The translations under genes were made by a program, and so were the position numbers. A stretch of DNA of 64,000 nucleotides, from NCBI GenBank assembly GCA_964016885.1, contig OZ024743.1, positions 312,356,001 to 312,420,000 of the forward strand, read 5' to 3'. The notes under the pieces were generated by a model. It saw only the letters and a list, made by a program, of their open reading frames with translations, was not told the DNA's origin and ran no database searches. The DNA comes from Eledone cirrhosa (Eukaryota). Positions within the stretch are counted from its first letter, which is position 1; every line of letters starts with the position of its first letter. Positions 13,687 through 27,964 of this stretch are shown one piece after another.

Positions 13687-13895
13687 CCCTTTAACATTTA
13701 AACCAGCCATATTCAGACCAGAATTCTCTCACCTCTTTCTGTTCAAACTGGCCATTACTGGCTGCTCATACTTATGTTAAGGTATTGCTCTCAAAATTAA
13801 CAATATCAAAATCTCATAGATTCGATATTATGTGAGATAAAGTGTTTACCATGAAAATATAACAGTAAATATAAAGTAATGTAAATGCTAAAAGA
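13687..13895. mobile_element. piggyBac-type MITE with TTAA duplication
   Basis: TTAA|CCCTTTAACATTTA...TAAATGCTAAAAGA|TTAA; second copy 47489-47698; empty-site paralog at about 14690-14825. Confidence 0.75.
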
Positions 13896-15510
13896 TTAAA
13901 GGGAACAAAAAAAGAAATGAAAATAAAAAGGTAAATAGAATCAAGCAATGAAAGAAAGGGAGAGAAGGAGGGACAGACACTACACCCCAGTCTGAGTGGT
14001 ACTCCAGCCATGCCCTGCAGACAAAATGGCAAGGGTGTTACTGCAGAGAATGGTTAGGGACACCCGCTGCAACAGCATACGTATTTCTAAATTTATTATT
14101 TCATGCTTATTTTTAATCTATTGATATTTCATATATTTTTTCCCCTTCCAAGATTGTCTAGACAGTGTCTGTTAGAACATCTATTTTTACAGATCTTACA
14201 ACTGGGCATCTTTCCTACTACTAACTTAGCCATGAAACAAATGGTAATCTGTCTGGCAAGATGAATTCGAGTACAACATAATGTACAGAGGCTTTAACTC
14301 TTCAACTTGTAATCCATAGTCCAAGTACTTTCATTTCACAGCCAAGCAAAGCACATAACTGCTTGCCGCTGCTGCTGCTACTGCTGTTGTTGTTGATGTT
14401 GTTTGAGCCCCAGATCAGTTCTGGTTGGCAAAATTATAATGAATGGCATTTCACTTATGACTATCCCAACTTTATATATATATCTGGGACATAGCTGGCC
14501 AATGTATCCTTTATTTCTTAAGATGTTATTGTTTATTGTTATGGCTCACACCTGTGTAGGTTTTTCCAACCTCACATAGGAAAGTTCTTGAGTGTTTTAA
14601 TGACAGGGACTCCAATCCTATCATATGATGGTAGGATACAAAATCTATATAAAATCTCACAATGTCATTAAAAACCATTGACATTATATAAAAATAATTA
14701 AGCAGTATCTAATAAAAACAAAACACTATTAAAGGGAAGAAAAAAGGAAATGAAAGGAAGAAAAAGAATCAAGCAATGAAAGAAAGAGAGAGGGGAAGGG
14801 ACAGACACTACACCCCAGTCTGAGCAGTGACTCAGCTGCTGGTCATTCCATATGTAGGCAACCTTGTTTGGCCTGTTCCACCTGCAGTAAATTAAAGGAA
14901 TTTGGATTTTATTTTTAGCAAAGTGAACAATGTCGCTGAGCTATCAGCAATAGAGGAAGAAGTTTCCAGGTGTAAAAACAATTGTTGAAACAAATACCAT
15001 CTTGCCTATGACAATTAGTCATCAACATCATTATCATTGGTTTAATGTCCACATTCCCTGCTAACAAGGGTTAAACTGGTTTACATAGACCAAGTCAGTA
15101 CTGAAGCAGTTGTTACTGATCTCTCTGACAGGTCAGAGATCTGCATCTCACTTATGTACGGTCTCAAATCCTATCACGTGCACAGGAGAGGTTGTCATGC
15201 CTTTGACACAACTGAGGGTCCTCCCAACCCTTTATTTGGCAAGCTTTCTATGGGTAGATGCCCTTCCTATCACCACTTTACAGCCTGTACTGGGTGCATT
15301 TATCATGTAGGTCACCAACACTATGGAGGCTGTCATGTCCTTGACATGACTGATGGATTGCCCGAGTTCTTTGTTTGGGAGGCACTCTATGACTGGATGT
15401 CCTTTCTAATACCAACCACTTTACAACATGTACTGGGTCCGTTTATCATGTAGGTCACCAACACTAGGTTGTAAAACAATATTTTTTTTCAATCTTTTCT
15501 ATTTACTTAC

Positions 15511-15747
15511 TGGTGTTAATTTGTAATCAGAAAGAATATCATCAAAATAGTGGAACTCTGAGAATTCTAAGTTAACCATTTCATTTTTAAGTTCCAAAAT
15601 TCTTCCGATGGTACCATCAAGCACTTGCCGTAACACTTGTCGTTTTTGAGGTTGAACAATTTGGTCATAGCACAGTTCTAAACATCTATACACCCTAATG
15701 TATTTCACGTACATGGTGGCCAGCTGTTGGAATGCTATCCTTCGATC
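15511..15747 (-). CDS. IQCA1: IQCA1/DRC11 exon ([16 protein letters not shown]...DQIVQPQKR...[11 protein letters not shown]...[15 protein letters not shown])
   Basis: TTTGCAG acceptor, GTAAGT donor, 237 nt, phase 0-0; close match to the IQCA1 N-terminal motifs [24 protein letters not shown]. Confidence 0.95.
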
Positions 15748-17708
15748 CTGCAAAATAAAATCTGAATGCAGTCAGTTAAATTTTTTAAGACCATAACAGA
15801 TGGAATCATATACATACAAGGGTGTGTGTACATGTATGTGGGTGTGTATGGGTGTTTGTGTATATGTGGGGGGGGGGGGGGTTCTGTGTGAGTGCATGTT
15901 TGCAATCATATCTAGCAAGATCTATAAACCAAAAGGTAAATGGGTATTGCTATCTATAACCAATATTCACTCTCCCAGGCCACTACCTATAAGTACCAAG
16001 CATAGTTCCAGCTTATTTCTGAAAGCAGCAGGTTTACTGTATTATTAACATTATTCAGTCTCAAAGGTGGATTTGTCCTTTCATAACTTAAATACAATCT
16101 ATTTTGCTATGGTAGTATATGGACAGATACTATCAGGACACAATTATCATCCCCTTCTTTTTATTATAGTGCCCCAAAAGATGGTGGATTAGCAGTATCG
16201 GTAGAGCATCAGACAACATGCTTCACAGCATAGAGTTACTTCCCTTTTCATTCTGATTTCAAATCCTGCTGAGATTAGCTTTGCCTTTCATCCTTATGGG
16301 GCTTATAAAAAAAAATGTACCAGTAATGCGCTGGGGTCGATTTAATCAACTTTCTCCTTCCGCAAAAATTGTTGGCTTTGGGCATAAATCAGAAACCATT
16401 ATAACAAAAGAGTAATTGGACCGACTATCCAGGCGAACACCTACATGCTGATGCCTAGTTCCCATATGTAGATGTAGTGAAGAAATTCTAGCTAAGAAAG
16501 CCAAATCTAAATTTGAGTGGCCTGAAAGTAAATTTAGCAACAACTAAAGTTTTAGTAAGTAGAAATGGCCACACTTTATATGCAGAAAAGTAGATAGAGA
16601 AGGCTGCTGGGGCATGAAGCAAAACCACTAAGATACTGAAAATATCTGGTGAAGTAGGTCACACACTAGTATAGGTATTTTCATTGTTATTTTACAAATT
16701 CTTCAAATTTAACATGTAAAATAAATTATAGAAAAGGCAACAATTTGAAGTGTACTTTTTTATATAGATAAAATAATTAATCAAGAATAATAACCACTTT
16801 GTACATTTGAAAAACATTGTTATGTAGTTATATGCATATATAAAATTGGTGTGTTCCATAAATTTATTAGGTTGTAGAGCCCATCATAAATATCTTCATA
16901 TTCATTTAGTGTATCTAGGAAAAGTAAATTTGACAAAGTTTACTCTTTTTCAATCTAAACTGACAGGAGTATTTGAATCCAGACGTTCAATATAAAAAAA
17001 TCTTCATAAGATATATAGAACTGTTGTTACTTTCAGTCATGAATCATAACATCCTTTTGTACCTGTTTACAGTTAGTTGGATTGGACTATTCGGAGTCAA
17101 ATGTGTTTAACATGGAAACCAGGTAGTGCTGGTAACAAAAAAATACAAACTGCCATTCCTTCAGGTGATCATCACATATCCTAAAATCTCAATTATCTGC
17201 AACACTTTTCTCCTGAATAATTCAAAGTGCAGATACAAAATACTTATATTTTGTTACATTGTATGGTCTAAGTTCAAATCTCTTTCAGGTTCACTTAAAA
17301 TAAGTATTAGTCAAGTACTATGATGGTGGCATGTGGCCTAGTGGTAAGTGTGTTGGATTATAATTTCATGGGTTTCATTCAGCTGAAAATGAGTACCAGC
17401 AATAATAGCTGGGGGTTTAACCTTGTGATCGACTGACGTCCTGTCCAGTGGGGAATCTTATACTCTCAGTTGCTTCATGTCACAGAAACTGAAATAAGCA
17501 CCTGCCAGATGAGACAAACTTTAGACTTACTTTTTTTTTAGACTATGGTCATATAACTGACTATATACTTCAAGTTGAAGTCTCATCATGGCCATGGACT
17601 CATAATGGAAACCAACCAGTAAAAGAATAGAAGTATAAAAAAAAATGAATACAAGAACAAATTAGCTTTGACAAAAATATTGGATATATAACAGAAGACA
17701 GTACTTAC

Positions 17709-17799
17709 TTTTTCTGGTTTAGGTGAATCATGGGGCAATTCATAATATAGCATATCTTTGATATGCTTCTGGGCCTCATCCCACATCTTGTTATAGCAA
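17709..17799 (-). CDS. IQCA1: IQCA1/DRC11 exon (CYNKMWDEAQKHIKDMLYYELPHDSPKPEK); upstream initiator micro-exon not located
   Basis: TTTTCAG acceptor, GTAAGT donor, 91 nt, phase 2-0; YNKMW as in human MSNAMYNKMW. Confidence 0.9.
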
Positions 17800-18358
17800 C
17801 TGAAAATATACAGGAAATATCATTCAATATGTATGAGTAGAGTCTGTAAACTCAGGTCGTTTCTCAGTTGTAAACATTTTTTCAATTTACAAACAACTAT
17901 AAGAAGTCCCATTTTCCACTATTCTATGTATATTTTATTCACTCAGAAAGAGAAGAGCAAAACCCATGATCCTTTCCAGTGGTTTAATTTCTATTTGTCA
18001 TCTGTATTTATATGTTCTTATTTGATATTATCTTTCTACATAGACACAATACTTTAAGGGCTTGATAAAATAAAGCACCAGTAACGCCCTGGATTAATTT
18101 AATCAACTTTTTCCTTCCCTTTAAATTACTGGCCCTATTCTAAATGTAGAAACAATCATTAAATACATACTATTAGTGATGGATTAGCATATTCACAGTT
18201 CAAACCCTGCTAAGGTTGACTTTACCTTTTATTTATCCAAGTTTGATAAAATACTTAACACTGACTGTTTCCAACCCAACAAAATATCTGGTCTATTATA
18301 TAGACACACATATACTTAGCTGATCTCTCAGACTTTTGCGAAGTGCTGGGAGGAAAAA

Positions 18359-18579
18359 GTTAATATAAAGAGTGGTGTGCTCATACACAGAGATACTATA
18401 AAATAGCTTATAAAATAGGATGAAGATCTTTAGAGAGGGAAAAAATAACATTTGTCACTCTGAGGAATCGAACTTCGTATCTCCCAGATACAGATTAGCA
18501 ACTTCTTTTTCCATCATTAAAGGTCTTCAGTCTATTTTATAGCATCTCCATGCATAAGTACACCACTCTTTATATTAAC
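18359..18579. repeat. Imperfect inverted repeat (about 65-bp arms), MITE-like
   Basis: GTTAATATAAAGAGTGGTGT at 18359 versus ACACCACTCTTTATATTAAC ending at 18579. Confidence 0.55.
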
Positions 18580-19599
18580 CATTATTATATTCCAACAAAG
18601 AAACATGGATGAGTCAGAAAGTAAAAAAAATATTTAAAGCACACGCCCTCCATTAGGCACAATAACGGGGAATGCTGGTATTTCCCTTTAAAACTTTTTA
18701 GCACAATCTAAAACATTCAAGATAATACCGCCGGTGATAGCGTGTCTGAGGTGTTGAAACAGCCGAGCACTCTCACAAGCATCATCAGTAAGCTGACGAG
18801 TTGTATTACTTTTACTCCACCGATGGAATTTAGACGACTTTGCTTTTATAGTGTGATTGGGAAGCCTATTTTAAATTCATGCAAGAAAAAGTATCAAAAT
18901 TTCATAGAAATCGTTAAGTCAACGAATATAAAAACTCTTTAGTCTGGCCTAGCAAAGTGACAACATCTGCAGTGCTGGTTCTACAATAAAATACATTCAA
19001 TATACCTTGTAAAATGTACCCAGTCCACTCTGTAAAGTAATAATCCGGGTGTCACAAAAACGCACTGATGCAGGTCTCAATATATATATATACACACACA
19101 CATACATATATATATATATAGATGTACATACAAGTACTTATACATATTTTGAGTTGACCAAAAAAGGGTTAAAATTGTGAGTTGGTTGGTGTCATCACAC
19201 AAAAACAAAAACTGACAATCAAAAAGTACACCAATAGAATAAGGGTATAACCCAGCAAGGTTTATTGATACTCATTTCATAACATCAAAGAATAAAACCA
19301 TAGCGGGTATGTTCACCAACCTGACTGCTATTTCCAACAGGTTAGGAGACAACCATAAGAGATTCTCTGTGTTATCAGCGATGCTTGTGTTTCACGGTCA
19401 GTGTTTCCATGGATTCGAATGCTGGTTTACACACACACTCACGTTTATATACAATCATCTATATCGATATATAATATAAAAGATTGGGATTCCCATCATC
19501 CTTTTGAGAAACCTGGACCCGCCATATCTATACAATAGCACATGCTTAACAGTCAGGCAGATGATGAACCATCTCCCAGAAGTTACTATTCTTGGAGGC

Positions 19600-20010
19600 A
19601 ATCATCAAGGAGAAAATTAATTTATTCCCAAGATTCCTCTCATCCTTTTCTTTACCGAGCTGCCATTCAAATTCTCTAGACTTCATTTCCCTGTTAGAGC
19701 CAGTTTTGTTAAGACCATAAATATAGCTCAGGGTGGAAGTCTCAAAGTTGTAGGACTGAATATGAGAGAATCTGTTTTTACCCATGGACAGTTATATGCA
19801 GGTTGTTCACGTGTGGGAACACCTAGAAATCTTCATATACAAATGGTAAAATGAAGAATCTGGTGTATTTGGAAGATTTTTGACTGTATTTTTTATTTGT
19901 CACATCTACGCCTCATACTGTAAACCAGACACCTCCAATACAGTCGTTTTCTCTTCTACTGGTCTTCTCTTATCATCTGTTTTCCCAGGTGAAGCTGGGT
20001 ATCTCAGTAA
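19600..20010 (+). mobile_element. Helitron 3' fragment with Pif1 helicase C-terminus
   Basis: Frame from 19621 reads FIPKIPLI..LPFKFSRLHFPVRASFVKTINIAQGGSLKVVGL...FTHGQLYAGCSRVG; decayed 3' hairpin CCCAGGTGAAGCTGGG near 19985. Confidence 0.85.
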
Positions 20011-20199
20011 TAATATATAAAGCACAATGTTTTTATGGCAGATAGAAATATAGAAGAGATGTAATTTAAGGAAAGAAGGAAGTGAGACATATAATGACAC
20101 AGCATATACAACAAATTCAGAAAGTAGAAAAGATTTCTTAAATCATTTAATATCTTACAGATACTGACCCATATACATACATATGCTGTACTGCAGAAG

Positions 20200-21480
20200 A
20201 CTCGCCTATCGCCAGAGATTTGATTGTGTCATCTTTTGAGGTTTAATTGTGCAAAGACTGTTGTCATCAATGTGAAGAGAGGCCAGATTTTCCATGATAT
20301 GGAAAGATTCATTTCATTGTAAATCAAACACCAGACCCATGAATATATACCAAGTCAGCTGAAGAAGTACACAATCTTCATTGCAAGCTCTGGATGGTTT
20401 TCTCCCATTAAATGTTGTTTCAGCTTGCACAACATCAAGATTCAGGACGAAGTCACATCAAAGAATTTCCAGCCACACTGCAAAAGATCATGGATGACAA
20501 GGGAATCTTGCCAGAGCAGATCTTTAATGTCAAAGAAACAAGCAATTTTTGGAAGAGGATACCCGACAGATCCTTTATCTCAAAGAAGACCAGACCAGGC
20601 CAAGCGACAAAATCGTCAACAAGAAGCCAGTGCTAACGCTTGGGGTCAATTGCACTGGTGACTTCAAACTCTTCCCATCATCTAGATAGATAATAACTAT
20701 TGTAACTTTTGAAAAACGCTTCAATCATTTCATCCCAGCTGTCAAGAACTATTGTAAAAAAAACATCCCATTTAAAGCGTAGCCAATTTTGGACAATGCA
20801 TCTGGCCTTCCCAATAACCTGTGATTTTGACCCAATTGTAAAGATAGTGTACTTGCTACCCAACACCACATCACTCATCCCATCTATGGACCAATGTGTG
20901 ATAGCACTTTTTAAGCAATACTATCTCTGTTACAATCTTCACTAGGCCGTTGAATCAATATGGTAAAAGGAATACATCGACATCAGACAGTTTTTCAAGA
21001 ACTATATTTACCAGACCATACTGTGATGCAGCAGTCAAGGATGACTAAAAACTTGGTTTCCCTCAGTGCTGACCTAAAGATGGAGTTGGAGATGGAGAAT
21101 TTCAACAGCTTGTAAGGCAGACAAGCAGCCTTTAAGTAAGGAAGACTTAATGATGTTAGGGAAACGGCACCATAGGTGATTCCAGAATCAGAGCCAAATA
21201 TATTCACTAAAGCCAAAATACTAAAAGGCTTTTATTACCTTTCCAATCCAAATGTCTTGCATTAACAAGGCACAAGAGCCAAACACCAAGTGTTTTGCAA
21301 AAAGTAATGAATGACACTAACAACCTATTGCTCCCATATAAGACCATCTGTAAGGAAGAAGCACACAATTCAAGCAACTTTGGATGAGTTTCCAGTTAAA
21401 GTCAAGATATGCAAAACCCTTGAATCCTCGACAGAAGAGCCATCTCCTACTCTGCAGAAGGGACACCAAGTTTAAGGAAA
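20200..21480 (+). mobile_element. Tigger/pogo-type DDE transposase remnant
   Basis: PEQIFNVKETSNFWKRIPDRSFIS, LDNA and YLLPNTTSLIPSMDQCVIALFKQYY in broken frames; ends approximate. Confidence 0.8.
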
Positions 21481-21715
21481 ATAACATAATTTTATGAATT
21501 CCCTTTATTATTTTTTACAAATTAAATTCTTTACTGACTTAATGAGATTTATGTTTTCTGCATGGTGTTCACACTAATTGGAAGGTGTTTGTCATCATAC
21601 TTAAAGCATTTTAAAAGGATAATTACAAAGAAATAACAGTTCCATTGTGTTCAGTATTCGTTTAAAAAATAAAAATAAAAATATGTTTTTAATGTTCTTT
21701 AAGGTTTAGTGATAA

Positions 21716-22390
21716 CTAGCAGAATGGCCCGGCGTTGCTCGGCATTCCAAACATAGATTGGCATGTTTATCCCTCCTTTCTGAAACAGTACAGAGAAGTA
21801 CGGAATACCTCGCCTGGGGATGGTGTCTACATTTTGTGCTTATAAAAAGATTTGTCGTAGATAGCCAGGGGTTTAACTTAATTGGGTGCCTGAGAGAAAA
21901 TGTTCAACCCATGAAAGCCAAGATGATAGGGTTAAGTAAAAAGGCATTCGACAAACCAAACATGTATTTGTTGTGCTATGGTACAATGAAAGCAATAGTT
22001 ACAGAGCAGTAAGCATGTGGGACTACAGTGGTGGAGAGCATGAAGGAATTTAGTCAGATACTTTTAAGGTTACAGGCCCTAACGCAACCAAAATGCTAAA
22101 CAATGCGGTCCCCGGGTAAAAATTTGAAATCTTTTTCAGTCAGTCAAGAAAATTTGTGAAACATAAGTAACGCATATGCAAAGTTTTAAAAAAATCTGTT
22201 GGGTACTTCTCCAGTTACAGGCCCTACGCAACGAAAATAAAAAAATCGGTTTTCCGCCTAATGCGGTCCCTTTTTTGCTCAAAACACTCACACGACCATA
22301 AGTATTACATGTGTAAAGTTTGAAAATAATCGGTTGGGTGGTTCTCGAGTTTTAGGGGGACAGACAGACATTCTGTTTTAGATATATAGA
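21716..22390 (-). mobile_element. Non-autonomous Helitron
   Basis: A|CTAGCAGAATGGCCCGGCGTTGCTCGG (reverse of 3' hairpin+CTAG) and TATATAGA|T (reverse of 5' TC). Confidence 0.7.
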
Positions 22391-22455
22391 TAAATAATAT
22401 AATATATACTATGTATAAATAAATATTTTATCAATATATATTTTTATATTTTACA

Positions 22456-23779
<1,324 letters not shown>

Positions 23780-23893
23780 TGATATTGTTTATATAATTTA
23801 CAGTCCTTATTTTAAGACATTATATTCAGTTTATGTGAAAAACTGTGTTGTACGGTAGAATATGACTATTTTCTATCACAGGTATCTTCTGAC

Positions 23894-23899
23894 TTTATT
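23894..23899 (-). terminator. Candidate AATAAA polyadenylation signal of the BTB gene
   Basis: TTTATT on plus, about 240 nt beyond the stop at 24141. Confidence 0.3.
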
Positions 23900-24140
23900 G
23901 CAGAACATTTTTACCATCTAACATCATCCATTTGCCTTCTATTTGTCCATACCTGTGTAATTACTTCATGAACCAAGAAGATGTGGTTGTAGAGTTAGGA
24001 AGCTCTTGAAATACAAGATGACTTCTTGTTGTCTACAATCCAGTATTACAACATAGAAAAAGTCTCCAGAAATGGTTAATTGAAGTTGAACAATACAAAA
24101 ACTTGAAATAGATTAGCTAATATTGTTAGAATATATGACA

Positions 24141-25109
24141 TCAAGTAGGCTCATCTGTTAAGTCTATTGAGACAACACCCTTAGCTTGTGGTGATTGTGA
24201 AGATACATTTTTCTCTCTGGGTGTAGAAGAATCAAGGGAACAAACAACTTCTCTACTGACCACAAGTCGACCTAGAGGTTTATATAAATTTCTTCCAATG
24301 GGACTGGGCTGAGAACATATTTTTTGTACAATACAAGGTACAGGAGACAAATCATCGTCCTGAGAGATTTGAAATGTATTGGATTTTACATTAGATTTTT
24401 GTACCATGTTTAATGTTCTACTATTGGTGGTGTTTGAAACTGGTATAACAAATGTTTTATTGGACAGAGCTGATAAATCTGAAGTTGGACATGGAATCCT
24501 AGAACCACTTGAATTTGTATTTGATGTATATGATATATTATCATTTTGTTGGCTATGTAGGTTGTTTTCAAGCCCCACAAATTCAGTTTGTACACAAGGA
24601 ACAGTGACGATATTATCAAAGGAGCTACAATTTTTACTTACATCCATTGAGACAACTTCAGGTTCTGATTCAAAGCTATTGTTTGTATTTTCTTTAAGTT
24701 GTGTTATTTCACCTGTGAGAATCTCATCTTTTATATCTATGGTGGAGGTTGAAGAAGCTGGTAATGTTGATGATAATTGAGTGAGTGCTGTAGTGATGTT
24801 TGGTGGTATGGATAAATTAGCAAGCAATTGGTTTTTATAAAGAATTTGATATAATGCAATTTCAAGTTGACTATCAAGCAGTTGTTCAAATTCTTTCATG
24901 GATAGTAGTTTTGCAATGGTTTGCAAATGACGTAAAATATCTGGATTAAGATCCAGGTACCCATCATAAATGTATTCAGCAAAAGCATTTATAGCTTCTG
25001 GGCTAATGTCTTCTGGTAAGTTAAGTTGAATGAAATTTTTAGAGAGCGTATCTGTAGTAAATACTGACAACAGCTTAGGAGACACAGCAGCCAGGACAAC
25101 TTTATGCAT
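24141..25109 (-). CDS. BTB/POZ protein, terminal exon 7 (BTB core, S/T-rich tail, C-terminal SIM-like VVSIDLTDEPT)
   Basis: TTTCAG acceptor then MHKVVLAAVSPKL...ISPEAINAFAEYIYDGYLDL...IAKLLSM, the BTB HKxVLAAxS and YxY patterns; 969 nt open to TGA. Confidence 0.9.
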   Translation of the reverse strand: MHKVVLAAVSPKLLSVFTTDTLSKNFIQLNLPEDISPEAINAFAEYIYDGYLDLNPDILRHLQTIAKLLSMKEFEQLLDSQLEIALYQILYKNQLLANLSIPPNITTALTQLSSTLPASSTSTIDIKDEILTGEITQLKENTNNSFESEPEVVSMDVSKNCSSFDNIVTVPCVQTEFVGLENNLHSQQNDNISYTSNTNSSGSRIPCPTSDLSALSNKTFVIPVSNTTNSRTLNMVQKSNVKSNTFQISQDDDLSPVPCIVQKICSQPSPIGRNLYKPLGRLVVSREVVCSLDSSTPREKNVSSQSPQAKGVVSIDLTDEPT

Positions 25110-25831
25110 CTGAAAAATATACAAAAGAAGAATAGAAATAGAAACAAGAAAATTATAACTCCATCTGACCAAGATTGTGAGGGTTTGCAATGGTCATGGA
25201 CACAAACAAGCCTATTCTTAAAAGGGTTACATACAAATAGGGAAGCAAACATATTAACAAGGGAGCTTAGCAATCTAAGTAAACTCTATGCCTGAAATCC
25301 TACAGACTCACAATAAAGACATATTAGCCATAGATAGAATGTTGAAGATCAAGCCAAACAATATATTTGTATGTTCAGAGGGCTAGGTTGTTGTTTTTTT
25401 TATTATTATAATTATTTAGCATTCCATCAGTTATGTTTGTGCCATAGCTCTACTCAAATAGAGCTAATCATCTCTTTTAATAGAAACATGAAATCTAAAA
25501 TGTTTCATATGTCAAAGAATCAGCTGTGGAATTAGCTTAATAAAGACAAAGAAAAAGAGTGCAAGTGCACCAACATCTTTAATAAGTGTTATTTCTGAAA
25601 ATATGTTCTATTTGAGAATGAATTTTTGGAGAAAATAACTTCATACTATTTTTTACTGCTAATCAATGGATTTTGAAGTCAGATTTACATATAAACTGAC
25701 TAATATTAGCAGAATACTGTTCTTTGCCTTAGGGCACAACACAATGGATTTAACAAGGTTTGAACTTGCAGTCAATAACTGAATATTATGCAATAAAAGT
25801 TGACGAGCAGTAAATCTTTAACTTAACTTAC

Positions 25832-26144
25832 TTTCACTCTACATGAACCATTGCCAATACTAGTATCACACAATGTTCTACTTTTCCATAACACTGCCAA
25901 ATGGACCATTACACTTCGCTGATGATCAGCAAGAATAAATACTTTCTTCCCTTGGGGTTGTGCTATCTCAATAGACTTGGGTTGCATAAAAGGCATTGGA
26001 GGTAGAAGTGTTGTAAACTGAATTGGCTGCTGTATACATTCAACATCATCGATCACACAAATAGGGTCCTCGACAGGATTTTGAGGAGCAGTTTCCTGAG
26101 GTTTCCTTGCTTCCTTTGAAACCTGGTTACCAGCAATAATATGT
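25832..26144 (-). CDS. BTB protein exon 6 (ends with BTB start HQRSVMVHLAVLWKSRTLCDTSIGNGSCRVK)
   Basis: TTTCAG and GTAAGT, 313 nt, phase 2-0, open; LCD motif of the BTB N-terminus. Confidence 0.85.
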
Positions 26145-26599
26145 CTGAAATTCAGTGAAATAAAAGTTATATATAATTAGAAAAAGAATTTGAAATAGTT
26201 GGAAGAATTTTAGAGAAACTTTGCTTTTGTTGACAATAAAGGAATTTCAAAAAAGATAAGTACATTATTACAATACTACTACGTGGTCTGCAGAAATGCT
26301 TTTATCCTCCATCTTGCTTCTTGTAGGCAATGGCTACAACCAGATTCAAAGTTCCTGATCTCATTATGACACATGTATATATAGGCATTGTGTCTCCAAA
26401 CTATGTGTATCTGGTTTCAAATGATGGGTACACTGTATCCCTGTGAGTCATAAGAAGTGACTAAAAGGGTTGGTGTCAGGAAGGGCATCTAGTTGTAAAA
26501 CATTGCCTCAAAAGGTTCTGTCCAAAAGTTATTTTCCATACCAGCATGGAAAAGTTAATGTAAAAACAAAAACGATACATGCATACACACACATATAGT

Positions 26600-27070
26600 A
26601 TAGGGTAGAGGGGCGGGCTGAGCTAAGAACAGAGCCCTGTTGGACGCCAGCCTGTATGCTCAATTCCTCGCTATAGTCATTATCTTTGCTAACTGCTCCC
26701 CTATACACAAGCCACTCATCTACTCCTAGTTTTCTAAGAGCCCACCAGATTATAGCATGGGACACTCTCTTGAAACAAATACCAAGTAGAGTGGCTTGCT
26801 TTCAGCTAGGTACTTTTCCTGTAACTGCCTCACAAAGAAGAGAGCATCAGTGGTGCTTTTGCTTGGTACAAATCCAAACTGCATCTTATCCAGATATACC
26901 CTGTCCCTAATTAACTATGATATAACTCTTTCTGTTACTTTCATGACCTTGTACATCAGTTTTATACTTCTATAGTTTCCTTTATCTAGTGCACCTCCTT
27001 TACCGTTGTAGCAGCTGACAATGATGCTGCTGTGCCAATCATTCGGTATGACGCCATCTAGTATTACTGT
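26600..27070 (-). mobile_element. RTE RT fragment
   Basis: IIWWALRKLGVDEWLV...GVQQGSVLS; similar to 6960-7440. Confidence 0.8.
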
Positions 27071-27213
27071 ATATATATATATATGTATGTGCAGAAAGTT
27101 CAGTAAATCTGAAAAAAACTGGTGAGAGAACCAAAGTCAGCACTTGATGCAGAGCAGAGTGTATACAATAAGAACAAAGTGGAGATGTTACATAGGAAAT
27201 TTATTGCTCAATC

Positions 27214-27302
27214 CTGGTTACAAATGTTTCTCAAGCAGCTGGCTCGTGATCTAGGATGGCATCTCCAGACCAGACTCCAAGTCTGCCTGATCCTCAGACC
27301 AG
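27214..27302 (-). ncRNA. Type I hammerhead ribozyme fold
   Basis: CTGGT-CTGAGGA-TCAGGCAG...CTGCTTGA-GAAA-CATTTG-TA-ACCAG: stems I, II, III and core all present. Confidence 0.65.
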
Positions 27303-27505
27303 TGTTAACACAATAAAAATCACATCAAATTAGTGGACGAACCAGAAAAATTTCTTTATTTATATTTGTTAATTTTGTTTTTGTTTTTGTTTATAACAGT
27401 TTTTTCTTGTAATGCTCGGGATAGGTGCGTCCGTTGAATTCTAGGCACGCGTTTGTGTTTTTGCTGGTTCGTCCACAGATTTGATGTGATTTTGTTGTGT
27501 TAACA

Positions 27506-27594
27506 CTGGTCTGAAGATCAGGCAGACTTGGAGTCTGGCCTGAAGGTGCCATCCCAGATCACGAGCCAACTGCTTGAGAAACATTTGTAACTAG
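27506..27594 (+). ncRNA. Type I hammerhead ribozyme fold (inverted twin)
   Basis: CTGGT-CTGAAGA-TCAGGCAG...CTGCTTGA-GAAA-CATTTG-TA-ACTAG. Confidence 0.6.
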
Positions 27595-27964
27595 GATTGA
27601 GCAATAAATCTCCTATGTAACATCTCCTCTTTGTTCTTATTATATATATATATATATATATATATTCCAAGAGATGACAAAATAAATGGATCTGTTAATT
27701 TTCTCTAAAAACATTTCCCTGATTCTGCCCTGTCTGTCCCTTCAATCGTTCTAGTTTCTCATTCTTTCTTCTGATGAAGGACTAGCATCCAAAACGTTAA
27801 GACCCTCTTCCTGATATTTCAAGTGTTAAACTAATATATTCCTTCCATATATACTGTGCCGATTGTGTTGTTTTTTGTGTTTACCTTTTACATACATATA
27901 TATGTGTGTGTGTGTATATATATCTATATATATATATATATTTTACTGGCGTCACGCAGTAATA

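Larger units (their letters stand above)
27167..27641. repeat. Long inverted repeat (27167-27345 / 27464-27641) carrying hammerhead folds
   Basis: Arms of about 180 bp are reverse complements with scattered mismatches; spacer about 120 bp. Confidence 0.9.
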
